DNA of 64,000 nt from Fistulifera solaris (Eukaryota): contig AP026176.1 of assembly GCA_030295235.1 (NCBI GenBank), forward strand, positions 1 to 64,000, written 5' to 3'. The stretch's first letter is position 1, and each line of letters starts with the position of its first letter. This document shows, one piece after another, positions 37,312 to 48,695 of this stretch. The notes under the pieces were generated by a model that ran no database searches, had not been told where the DNA came from, and worked only from the letters and a program-made list of their open reading frames with translations. Position numbers and translations under genes: made by a program.

Positions 37312-39293
37312 TTATTGGTAGTTGATGGTGATGTTGTCAAATCCCCGAGCTAAAGTCATTTTCCACATTCGGTCGACTTGCTCTTGGTCAATGTCGCCAA
37401 CTTCGTGTGTCTCTCGTCCTTCAACCGTATTTAACAAGCAACCAAAATGACATGGGACAATATGGTTTTCATCCGTGCTCATGCATACGTCGTAGGGTCC
37501 TTTTAAAAAGGGGTTGTTTGGTCCGGTCTTGAGCAACCCAATGCGAATGTGTTGCACGTTCTCCGGTCGCTGATTTATAGCGGCGACTGGCATAGCAGGG
37601 ACCGTGTAGTCTAGCACGTAACGCGTGCGAATCGATTCTTGCCTTTCAGGGCTTTCGAATACATTGAATTGGATAGAATCTTTCCGACCAGCACAACCTT
37701 GTAGTCTGCCATTTCACTCAAGTCGGTGGAATACGAAATGTTGGGATGCTCCAGCACCACATTGCGAGAGAAAATTCGAATCTTCAGTTTAGGATTGTCT
37801 TTCACTAACTTCTCACACACGGCCGTTCCAATCTTTCCACCCGCGCCAATGTAGTAAAACTCTTGTAGGTTAGGAATATCCATCATCTGATTGTAAACCG
37901 AAGCCACTGTCATGGTATCGCCCGTCCAGATCTTAATGTTCTTGTCTTTGAGGTACTCATCGTTCTCTACTAATTTCACCATCTCCAACCCTCCATCATT
38001 GAGTTGCTTCATTTTATTCAGATTACCGAGACCAAAATACCTCGTTCCGTGTTTTTGGTGTTCCTTGCGCATCAGCTTGATCATGTCTTGGTTGATTGCA
38101 TCATAGCTCTCCGGAGTCATGTAATCGACCGGAGTACGAAGCAGACAAATGATTCGACCTACGTATTCATTGGCGATGCAGAATCGTGAGCAGTAGTAGA
38201 ACTGACTGAACAAGCCGGTGATGTGTCGAATGGCGTGCATAATGAGGAACTCAAGTCGTAGCGGGAGATAGATTTTGTATTGGCTGTAGGCATTGTAGAT
38301 ATTGAGTTCGGGAATGGTAAGGAAGTGCCCGAGTCCACCATTGTGCCCAATAAAGACGAAATCTTGCTGATTGGCGGGCAACATGGCCGGAAGCGGCTTT
38401 TCGTAATGACGAGCGGTCCCAAAGATATAGTCCCAAATCGGCATAAAGAGCGCATAATTAGCATTGAAATAGGCATGATGCCCCAAATGAAATTCGGGCG
38501 TGTAGAAGAGATACTTCAAAGGCGAGTACTTGTGTGTGAAGATAGGATTTCTCACTCGCACATTCGTGTGTCCCCACATATTAATGACATCAAAGGACAC
38601 GAGATACACTCCAATGGCCACCCAGTGCTGTCGTCCTTGCAACAAGAAGGGTGCAAAGAACGCCGGACCGAACGTCGCGACATACACAAAGTGCTCGTGA
38701 AAGTTTTGCACCAACGACGTGGTGGGCAAGGTCCGAATCGAAAGATGATGAAAACCGTGCATCTTCTTCATGATTTCGGGGACATGCAACCACCGATGCA
38801 CAAAGTAGTACGCCGGTTCGATGAACACAACGTGCGCTAGCATCGTTTCCTTGATACAAGAAGTAATGACGGAAGCATCGGAAAAGAACATGGAAGGAAA
38901 GATGACTTGCAAAGCGACTTGCGTGTACATGTGCAAGATAAAGGCCGTCAAATACTCATCTTTCTCACGTTGTAACTGCTTTTGTGTCAACTTGTTCATG
39001 TAGTTGTCTTTATCGACGAGTTGGTAATGCAGCGACAAGACAATATGCGTCACCAAGATGCGTGTAATTGCAATCGCATAAATCGACCAAATCGGAGTGA
39101 CTTTGTAGAAGAGCAAAGGTCCCAAGAAAATCAGCCAATCCCATTCTGTGTTGCGTTTGTGATCTGAGTGCGTCGGAGCTAATGATTTTGCGGTTTCGAC
39201 GCTGACTTCTACGGAAGAAGAAGACGCCGTAGAAGACGTTGAGGCAGTCGAAGAAGTCGAACTTTTCTTTTTCACTTCAGGTCGTTGACACAT
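37312..39293 (-). CDS. CER1/CER3-type fatty-acid-hydroxylase plus WAX2-C protein; one frameshift near 37620
   Basis: YYFVHRWLH, HGFHH, YTPEFHLGHH, NYALFMPIWDYIFGT, GLGNLNK...LNDGG, GDTMTVA, GAGGKIG, PCHFG...EG..THEVGDID...VD.MW. Confidence 0.9.
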
Positions 39294-39677
39294 TTTTGCG
39301 GGGTTTTTCAAAGAATTTCAAAGAAACAAACGCTCACGGCAAGTAACAAAGGCACACAAGAGACTATTGGAAGCTATAGAGACTGCAACAAAACCTCCGA
39401 AAGCCTCTTTAATTCTTTGGATGGAGTATTTGTACTGCTATAAACGGTTGTTGGTTGTAGGACCTTCCAATAGATTGAAGAGTCGATCCAGCTTCGAACT
39501 CATTCCAACGTCATTCCATCATTGCGCGCCTCTCATCGTTTGCGTCAGTCCTTTTACTGTCAAGTATCATGTACTCTGTAGTGACTCAACTGGCTTACAT
39601 GACTCGAGTCAGCTGCGTCCAACAGTGCGAGGACTGACTCACAGCGAATGAGCTCCGTTGCGTCATCATGGAATCTA

Positions 39678-40025
39678 GTGCCTCACAGCAGAGCGTATCC
39701 CCAGGGATACATTGGATACAACAACAGTAAACGTGTATCCAAGCATACCAGTACGACACAAAATGTATCCACCTGGATACAGCATTTCTAGTAGTAATTT
39801 GAATGTGGTCGCCATGTGTAGACCAGCTTTCGCCGATGCAAAAGAGCACGATGAAAACGATGAAAAGTCACGATAATTTTATCCTTAACGGAGCTATTTT
39901 ACTCGCTCCTACAGAATAACTTTATAGTAATGGTGTATCCATTGTATCCGCACCGGTACTCAGTTTCTACAAAAACATTATACAGTTGGATACACGTGTT
40001 TTGGATACGCTCTGCTGTGAGGCAC
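39678..40025. mobile_element. 348-bp MITE (non-autonomous TIR element)
   Basis: Perfect 23-bp TIRs GTGCCTCACAGCAGAGCGTATCC (39678-39700 and 40003-40025); TCTA on both flanks; several internal GGATAC/GTATCC motifs. Confidence 0.88.
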
Positions 40026-40520
40026 TCTAGAATCCGAAGTGGAAAAACTGGAAAACATATCAAGCACCCGTGACTGTACTGCTTTAAAGTCTTGGAAAAA
40101 AGTAGCCCCGTAGTTGTAGTTTGTCAATGCGTGAGAAGAAATCATCGTAAGAATCGCAAATCCACTTTAACACAAGTATTTCTGTTTCATTAATCAACAT
40201 TTGAACGAATAAGCGAGAGCTTTGAATTAGTAAATTCTTGATGATGCCAACTTTATCCAGTTAAGTTGGATTGGCAAATTGCCTTATGACCAGTGAAATC
40301 CACAAGCGGTGTGATACATGCGTTCGAGAAACGGACTGGGGAGGCATCCTTTGAATTCATTAAAACAACACGATAGTGCTGCCGTGAAGTACGAGGAATG
40401 ACTGTTCAACTAGACTGGTGACCCGATACGTATCGGTAGCAGTTTTGCAACACTTGACCACCCGAATATACGAATGATATGCAAGGGCTGAACCTTGAAC
40501 AGGATCCGTATCCGTTTTGA

Positions 40521-42269
40521 TCATTGCAAGAATAATCGAGAAGACAAATTTTCTGGAATCCGGTTGCTGAAACGTACACAGATATCGTCGTTATCATCGG
40601 TAGTGCTCACATCGCAAAACTCGTTGAATCCGTCAAAGCACCAGTCTTGGTCGGCCAAACGGATCAATAAGATCACAAAACACCCAATAGTGGCGAACGC
40701 AATGATCGCTGCCAGAATCAGAATCAGTAAGCTAGTGCGGCCTGTTCTCTTGACATAGGCGTCAATTTTACTTTTGCCGAATAGTGCACCAGCGAGGCAC
40801 ACGAAAAAGTAAAATACTGCATAACCTGTCGGCACGATCCCCGAGATAATGTACATGACGGCTACACTACTGCTCGTCATCATAACCATGGTAGCGTTTG
40901 TGGCAGTCGAGACGCTAGGATGAACACCCTTGACCAACATGAGAGGGCCCAATATGCTGGCACCGCCAATACCAATCAAACCACCCACCGCGCCGGACAT
41001 GAACGACGAAATACCGTAAAACCAAAGTAATGATTGGTCCCATGCCGTATCGCCGTTCAGGAAAGGATACTGCACGGATTTTCGCGCTATTTGGGCGGGG
41101 ATCAGCTTCGAACCGTAGTACGCCGCGAAGCTGAAAAGCCACACAAATTGTGCTGCAATCAAGACAGAATACCACGTAGATTGACAATCGATACCTATCA
41201 CAGACTCGAATTCTCTGCCACCAATCATTAAGTTCAATACGAACAGACCGCACCAGAAGGTGCATACCGCAGCAATCTTTTCGAGAGGATATTGTCTCAT
41301 ATCGTGTTCGAGAAAAGCAATTCGATTTTCCAAGTGGGAGTCTTTTAGAACTTTTGTGTTGGTTTCAACACTTTCTGTTATAATTGTAAGCGAGCAATGA
41401 AGTGCGTCATTCTTTCCTTCGCATTCGACATTTTGCGTTTGTGTTTGTGGTGTATCATCGTCGCTTTTCTCTTGCTGTCGTCCGTTCACTGTTGCCAGTT
41501 CATTTTCTCGTGCTTTTACTTCCTTGGCTGCACTGGATTTGTATTTACCATATGTCATGTATGCCATCATGGCCAATAATACTCCTGCTGTCATCAAATA
41601 GAGCCAGTTCGGCAACAGCTTTTGTATGAGAACACCGAGAACGGCTCCAGCGACTTGCAGCGGTGACGTAAATAGGAACATGTCGTAATCAATCACAGGG
41701 CGTGTGTAAAAGACACCACCACGTTCTAAATATTCCTTTTCTTCTCGTTCACTCTTCAACTCGACTTGCATGGGTCGTACTTCTCCTACGCCTGGATCAT
41801 GACGGATCTTCTCTTGAGGATGACGACTGCGTGTGTTCAAAATGAGTCCACCGATGCAGGCGCCAAAGATACTCGCTTGCGAAAGCCCAGCCGCTGGTTT
41901 GGGTGCAAATTGCAAGATGATGATACCTAGGGGAACATAGACTCCTCCACCTCCGACACCACACGATACAGCGATCCCCGCCGTAATGAACCAAATGATG
42001 GCACCGACAATATCGTTCCACCAAAAATGATAGTGACTGTGCTCATCATCATTCCCCAAGTTGAATAGCCGTCGATCGAAACAGGTATGATGTTTCATAT
42101 CCGTTTGTAAGAAACCGTTGCATTTTAAACAGTCCTTCACTTGTATCGTTGTGGTGCCATCGCAAACAGGGCACGCGTAGGAACCGCTACTACATTGACT
42201 TGACAGGCCCAGAACGGCTGTTATTGAGATGACAAAGCAGAGAAGCCGCGTAAATTCAAGTTGTCGCAT
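40521..42269 (-). CDS. TauE/SafE (TSUP) family membrane transporter with Cys-rich N-terminal domain
   Basis: Intact 582-aa ORF; AVSCGVGGGGVYVP, PVIDYD, GLIGIGGASILGPLML and GVHPSVSTAT. Confidence 0.88.
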   Translation of the reverse strand: MRQLEFTRLLCFVISITAVLGLSSQCSSGSYACPVCDGTTTIQVKDCLKCNGFLQTDMKHHTCFDRRLFNLGNDDEHSHYHFWWNDIVGAIIWFITAGIAVSCGVGGGGVYVPLGIIILQFAPKPAAGLSQASIFGACIGGLILNTRSRHPQEKIRHDPGVGEVRPMQVELKSEREEKEYLERGGVFYTRPVIDYDMFLFTSPLQVAGAVLGVLIQKLLPNWLYLMTAGVLLAMMAYMTYGKYKSSAAKEVKARENELATVNGRQQEKSDDDTPQTQTQNVECEGKNDALHCSLTIITESVETNTKVLKDSHLENRIAFLEHDMRQYPLEKIAAVCTFWCGLFVLNLMIGGREFESVIGIDCQSTWYSVLIAAQFVWLFSFAAYYGSKLIPAQIARKSVQYPFLNGDTAWDQSLLWFYGISSFMSGAVGGLIGIGGASILGPLMLVKGVHPSVSTATNATMVMMTSSSVAVMYIISGIVPTGYAVFYFFVCLAGALFGKSKIDAYVKRTGRTSLLILILAAIIAFATIGCFVILLIRLADQDWCFDGFNEFCDVSTTDDNDDICVRFSNRIPENLSSRLFLQ

Positions 42270-42982
42270 AATGATAATTAAACTTGCAAGCGAAATGAAA
42301 ATATATGAGCTCGTTTCGCAAAAGCGGTGTCAATAAGTCAAATCGAAAATGGGATTGATTTTCTCGTTCGAGAAACTCTTTTTAAAAAAGATAATGCTTC
42401 TTTTTCGTTCAAGCAATCTGCTGCGCGCCGTCTTCGTCAACTTCATACCAAGTTACTCCAATAATGATCGCTTCAAGTTATTTATTATTATTCATTAACG
42501 GTCTTAGAAGAAATAGATTAAGACGTGAAAGAAGAATGGCAAAAGGCTTTTATTTTAGACAGTAAATGCTGGTGTCATCATGGTCGTTCAAAATATTTCC
42601 GAACACTCGTCTCCGCGCGTGATGATGAGAAGAAACTCCGACGACCTCGTTTTGTTGATGACGTGTCAATGTCGCAGAGGATGACGTCCGCCACTTATGA
42701 CTGTGGCTTTAATTGTGGGCACCACGTGGTTCAGTAACGGTTTCTCGTGATTGATTGAAACCACCGTTTTCATAACTTTGCGTGTCATCACGGAATGATA
42801 AAACGGTTTCGCAACAACGCTAAGGTGCGCCGATGTTGCAACCACTACGTACAGAGCTCGTCTCTAGAAACGGCTTAGTAAGGTTTATACTAGTTGATAA
42901 AGCAATTTCCCGGCCGCTTTCCTATTTGATCGTTCCAGAAAACAGATACGATTGCGACAGCACGACAAACATAGTATTTAAT

Positions 42983-44636
42983 TTACATGAATCGAAGTTG
43001 ATCCTCAGCAGTCGAACAATAGTCCACTTCGGCTTCTGCACTGACCGTGCAGAATGGTTTGAAACCATCGAAGCACCATTCTTGATTTGCCAAGCTGGAT
43101 AAAGCAATCGACAAGCACCCGACCGTAGAGCAAGTAATAATACCACATAAAATCAATATGAGCAAGCTCGCCCGACCTGTGCGCTTGACGTAGGCATCAA
43201 TCTTGCTCTTTCCAAACAAGGCACCCACTACGCACACGCAAAAGTAAAAGATCGCGTAACTCTTGGGGACCATTCCCGAGATCACATACATTAGTGCAAT
43301 GTTACTGCTCGTGAATACGACCATCGAAGCAGTGGTTGCCGTAGACACGCTCGGATGAATACCGGTAATCATGAGCACAGGACCCAGAACAAGCGCACCA
43401 CCAACCCCTATGAGACCACCAATGGCTCCACCAAAGAAGGCGAAGCCTCCATAAAAGTACATCCAGGAGTAACTCCACACAACATCGTCGTGTAAGAAGG
43501 GATAATTGACAGCCTTGCGCGCATTGTACGATCTCATCAACTTGAAACCATAAAATATTGCAAAGCTAAACAGCCACACAAATTGACAGGCTACGAGAAT
43601 GTTGTAGGCGGAAGACTCGCAGTCAAGTCCTATGACCGACTCCATTCCTCTTCCACCAATCATCAAATTCAAGACAATCAAGCCGGACCATAACGCAAAC
43701 GCCGCAGCGATACTTTCGAGTGGATATTGTCGCATGTCTTCTTTCAGAAACTCAATGCGGGCTTCCAAATGAGGATCGTCCTGCTGAGTAGCACTTTTCT
43801 GAACGGATTGAATGATTTCGTTGGGATCTGAATCCGGGGTAGCATCATCCTCCACCTGCTCGGCCTGTTCCATGCGTTTCGCCTTTTCTTTCGCTGCAGT
43901 ACTTCTGTATTTGCCAAACGTCAAATAACAGACCATAATCAGTAATCCTGCAGCCGTCAACAAATAAAGCCAGTTGGGCAAAAGCTTCTGAATCATCACA
44001 CCCAACACCGCTCCAGCAATTTGCAGAGGCAACATGAAAAGTCCCATGCTGTAATTGATTACTGGACGCGTATAAAAGATACCACCGCGATCTAAATATT
44101 CCTGTTCTTCTCGTTTGCTCTTTAATTCGACTTGGAGGCTGAATTTCTCCGACACCAGGATCATGACGAATTTTCGTTTCCGGATGAAAATTCTTGCAAT
44201 TCAAAATATATCCACCGACACATGCACCAAAAATACTAGCCTGTGAAAGTCCGGAGGCCGGTTTGGGAGCAAATTGCAGTACAATCATCCCCATGGGAAC
44301 GTAAACACTTCCACCTCCGACACCACAGGAAATCGCAATACCGGCTGTAATAAACCAAATTACCGCGCCTACAATATCATTCCACCAATAATGATAATGA
44401 CTATCATCTTTGCGTTTCGCTCCGATATTGAATAGACGACGATTGAAGCATTTATCGTGCATCAAATCGGATTGTAGAAAGCCATCGCACTCTAGACAAT
44501 CCTCGACTTGAATGGTGACGGTTCCGTCACACACTGGACACGCAAAAGAGTCCCCACTAGGGCATTGCCCGGTAAAGGCGTGCACCACAGATGCCAAGCC
44601 GACTAATGAAAGTGATACGAGTGATATAAAACGCAT
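42983..44636 (-). CDS. Tandem paralog TauE/SafE (TSUP) transporter; one frameshift near 44140
   Basis: High visible identity to 40521-42269 (AISCGVGGG.VYVP, QFAPKPA.GLSQASIFGA, GKSKIDAYVKRTGR). Confidence 0.88.
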
Positions 44637-44885
44637 AATAATGGTTGCAAAGGATCCACAATGACAATAATCACCCTGGTTCGAACTGCAACAATCACAA
44701 TGGCAAACACGGGACAACGCGCGTTGCGAGGTCGTTTTGATCACTCTCTTTCGTATTGTACGAGGTACGCGTCCTAAACGGAAACTCCGAAAGGCGGACG
44801 AGCTTGGCGCTGTGACGTTTTCCGTTTCTGACTTCTCTCCCAACAAAAGTGATGTCGGAACACGTCAGGCTTTTGCTGGAGGGGG

Positions 44886-44973
44886 GGAAACGACGTTAAA
44901 ATTCTGCCTCGCCGTAGACAATACGTAAAAACTCGTACTGCAAGGCAGAATTTTAATGTCCTTTCCAGTCGTG
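44886..44973. repeat. Dispersed hairpin element, copy 3 (start approximate)
   Basis: GGAAACGACGTTAAAATTCTGCCT...AGGCAGAATTTTAATGTCCTTTCCAGTCGTG. Confidence 0.85.
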
Positions 44974-45006
44974 AATGAACAGTTGTCTTCTTGACCCTTT
45001 TCAATA

Positions 45007-45790
45007 TCCAGAATTTCTGGAAGATCAGAAACGGTTTGTCAGGAAATTCCGGACCCTCAACAGAATTTCTGTATGATTAAACTTACCTGGTCCAGAACTT
45101 CTGGACCACACAGAGAACTTCTTTATGCTTAATGCCAGATACGCGTATTTATTTCAAAATTTCTGGAAAACCCACAAAATGGTTGTACTAGGTATGATGA
45201 TGTATGATCAAACAGACCGATATCAGAAATACAGATTTCAGTATGATCGAACATACCCGGTCCAGAATTTCTGGAGCATGAACAGACTTTCTGTGTGATT
45301 AATTTTACCTGGTCCAGAATTTCTGGACCACACAGAGAACTTCTTTATGCTTAATGCCAGATACGCGTATTTATTTCAAAATTTCTGGAAAACCCACAAA
45401 ATGGTTGTACTAGGTATGATGATGTATGATCAAACAGACCGATATCAGAAATACAGATTTCAGTATGATCGAACATACCCGGTCCAGAATTTTCTGGAGC
45501 ATGAACAGACTTTCTGTGTGATTAACTTTAACTGGTCCAGAATTTCTGGACCTCACACAGAACTTCTTTATGAGCAAAAAGGGTTCCATCTTTGTCAGAA
45601 TCGACATCCGAAAATCCACAGCCGCAAACCCCTGGGACGTTGGAAACCCACAAAACGTTTGTACCTTACTAGTCCTTGGTTGCACCAGGTATGATGGATG
45701 ATCAAACAGAACAGACCGGGGTTAGAAGTTTTAGACCTTATACAGAATTTCAGTATGATGAAACATATCTGGTCCAGAATGTCTGGACCA
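45007..45790. repeat. Tandem array, ~222-bp unit built around TCCAGAATTTCTGGA palindromes
   Basis: CTTTATGCTTAATGCCAGATACGCG at 45121 and 45343; many TCCAGAA(T)TTCTGGA copies. Confidence 0.9.
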
Positions 45791-46759
45791 TTGTTTTCGA
45801 AGTAAGGTTATTTGCAATGCCCCAATTTATTCTGATAAAGGCTGTAAATATGTAAAATCTTTCGACTGATAGGAATGAAGTGCTTTGCGGACAAGCAGTT
45901 TAGCTAGGTTTAAAAAAGTAAAAAATGTCTCTACTAGTTCTACTGCAGAACGGATCAAAAGTCGAAATGCCTTCATGCGTCAGGCTTCCCAACGGCCAAT
46001 AAGAGTTGTGCTTCAGTGGTTTGTCAGAAAGCTTTTTCGGCGTAAAAAAGTGCGGAGCGGGAAGCAAGGAGCAAGGGGAGGTGGGGGAGCGGGGAAGCAG
46101 AAAGTGTGCGATGGGAAGGAGGACATTATTATTGGATTATTTAGAGAGGCAACACAGTAAAGGTGGCGTCTGCGCTCTGCGCTGGCGCAAGGGGCTAGCG
46201 AAAAAGTTCCCAGTGCTTCTGCCTTTGCTTCTGGCACCAGGAAACAGGAAACAGGAAGCAGGGACACGAAGGACGAAGGACGAGAAGCAGGAAGCAGAAC
46301 GCAGAACTCGTCCGACTCCAAATTCAGAACCGCAAATACCATAAGTAATAATCGAGACAGGTACTATCGATTTCAGTGTAGGACTAAGGTGCGAAGGTGT
46401 CCCCTGCGAGGATTCGGGAACAAAATGAGTTACGAATCTGTACTCTCGACACGTGGATAATTGCTGACTTGTTACACCGTATCCGGCCATTTCAAGCCTT
46501 CCATAAAGTTTTCCCGAAACGGTATTGCGGTGATAGTCCACTGTAAGAATAGATGCAGTAATGACAGACCACGTCACAAGCACAGAACAACACTTGGTCA
46601 GAAAGATCCTCGTAGTCCTTATCGTAGTCTTCCTCCACTTCGCCGTCCATCCAAGATCAAAGGGCCCGAAGCAAAAAGACTTTTATGAAAAGGGGCAATT
46701 TCACACCATCCATAAAATCACACCTCGTCCGCCATCAATAAGGAACATTATATTCCAAC

Positions 46760-47314
46760 ATGAACAACATCAACGCAGCCATCAAACTGAATAACATGGG
46801 GGTTGCTCTCATGGAGCGCCATAACTACAATGAGGCGTTGGAGACGTTCAATCAAGGTCTCAGCGTTTTACAGCGCAAACTCACCTTGTCAAAAGCCGAG
46901 ATCGAGCACATGCTTTACCGAGCGTCGTTGCATGTCGGGGATGATTCCTCCGAAGACGATGAAGACCTGTCGTTCTATGGAGGTGACGAGGAATGCGCAC
47001 GAGCGACCTCGATTGCGATCTACAACCAATATGGACAAGATATGAACATGAGTCCCTCACAACCCGGAAAACGCCCAGATGTCTGTTTGTTTTATTACAA
47101 GCAAAGTGAAATCATGAAAGCGAGAGATATCCAGTTGCTTTCAATTTCCTTACTTCACAACCAGTCACAGGCTTGTCACTGTGTAGCAAAGACGGAAGAA
47201 GAGATTGTTAAAGCAAGCCAGTCTCAGATATGTCCGCGACCATTGATGCCGTCGTTCGCTGGAAAGCACCATGTCCCTGCTCCTTCATTTCTATGTTATA
47301 ATCCGGCGGCTTGA
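46760..47314 (+). CDS. Hypothetical protein with N-terminal TPR-like helix pair; C-terminus possibly frameshifted
   Basis: AIKLNNMGVALMERHNYNEALETFNQGL is TPR-like; 184-aa ORF with ATG start. Confidence 0.6.
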   Translation: MNNINAAIKLNNMGVALMERHNYNEALETFNQGLSVLQRKLTLSKAEIEHMLYRASLHVGDDSSEDDEDLSFYGGDEECARATSIAIYNQYGQDMNMSPSQPGKRPDVCLFYYKQSEIMKARDIQLLSISLLHNQSQACHCVAKTEEEIVKASQSQICPRPLMPSFAGKHHVPAPSFLCYNPAA

Positions 47315-47568
47315 ATATAAAGGGAACAACCTCAAAACTTTTGATAACACGAAACCACTTTCGCTATGCATGACTTGATTACAACTAATAAACACTCACT
47401 CCCTAAACAACATATAAATCACTAAAGAAACGCAAAAATAGTTAACATCTAATGATTCTTGCTATTGTATCATAAATGCTCATTATAGACTTTAATCAGG
47501 CACTCGCTGTCTGCAAAGATGCTTTATGCTGAGTTCCGTTCTTCACACGGAAGTGTCAATGGTCGACA

Positions 47569-48096
47569 TTAAAGCCGAAAGCGGGCGACAATCGCCGGTG
47601 TTTGCCGAAGTCGCTCCCACATTCCTCGCTTCAAGCTATCCATTTCGGCTTCTTCTCGTGATTGTTGAATCTCTTTGACGTGAACACCAGCACATTGAAT
47701 GGCTCTCTTCGAAGAGCCATTGAGTTTAACAATTGCTTCGCGTTGTTGAGGAGTATACGCACTGGGAAGTGAATTCCGTCGCTTTTTCGGTTGCCGGCGT
47801 CTTTCGTAATCATCGACGGAATACACTTTCGAATGACACGACTCCCAAGCCAGCGTCAATGGCACACCTCGACTGACCGCCGGGTTGTCACCAAGAACGA
47901 GAAGATGTTCATGAATGTGCACAGTCGAAAACCGGATCTTTTTGCTGCGTTTCGTTGGTTCGTAGCGGGGTGATTCAGCCGCGGTCGTGATGGTAACGTT
48001 ATCTTCGGACCCCGTACGCTTCTTGTTTTCTTTGTCGCAGTCTTCCGTGTCTCGCTTGCGCTTGCGTGAGAACAAAACAACCGCAAGTTTGGCCAT
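47569..48096 (-). CDS. Small basic protein with RVxF-type motif and LGDNP..S.G.P.TL.W block
   Basis: Intact 175-aa ORF; NLS-like RKRKR; KKIRFSTVHIHEH..VLGDNPAVSRGVPLTLAW...SVDDYE. Confidence 0.7.
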   Translation of the reverse strand: MAKLAVVLFSRKRKRDTEDCDKENKKRTGSEDNVTITTAAESPRYEPTKRSKKIRFSTVHIHEHLLVLGDNPAVSRGVPLTLAWESCHSKVYSVDDYERRRQPKKRRNSLPSAYTPQQREAIVKLNGSSKRAIQCAGVHVKEIQQSREEAEMDSLKRGMWERLRQTPAIVARFRL

Positions 48097-48695
48097 GATA
48101 TAAAGTTGAACTACTTGAGTTGTCGTCGTCAGTTTAGTGGATGTATTTCTGGAAAAGTAAGCTTCGCAATCGAATGAGATGATTTTTTATTCTTTTATGA
48201 GATGATGAAAGGAACGTTGTTTGCCGATCACGACACAAAATGCCGATGACAAAGAAAACGGATCTTGGGTTCCGTTTTTAGCGATGGCGCGAAGCTGCGC
48301 GAAAGCGATCCAAACAAAAAGAAGACTGTTGGGAAAGTTGCATCGGTCCATTTAGTACACAAAAGTATCGACGGACAAATTTATCAGTGTAATTACTGCT
48401 ATATAAAAATATCATTTGCGACATTTCAACGGAAATAACACAACATTAGACGCCATACTCAAAAGTTTGTTTAGATACGAGTCCTGGTAAAAGGTCATGC
48501 GGACTACGGACGGAGTGGGCGCACCTCTCACGCGTCACGCGTTGGTGGCATTTTTGCAAAGCGCAAATGGCTTTCGCGCGAAGGAATGTGAATGTTGCTT
48601 ATTGATAACCAAAACAACTTGCTATCATATCGTTACAAATCACAACAACCAACGACGAGCGAGAAAGTAACTACGATTTGTGCTTACAGCAGAAA

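Noticed and set aside
33526..39293. Lipid/hydrocarbon biosynthetic gene cluster (CruP-like plus CER1/3)
   Set aside because: Two convergent genes with different predicted compartments (plastid versus ER-type membrane); adjacency alone is not evidence
45347..45694. 115-aa ORF in the tandem array
   Set aside because: Lies within the non-coding satellite, and the adjacent copy does not keep the frame
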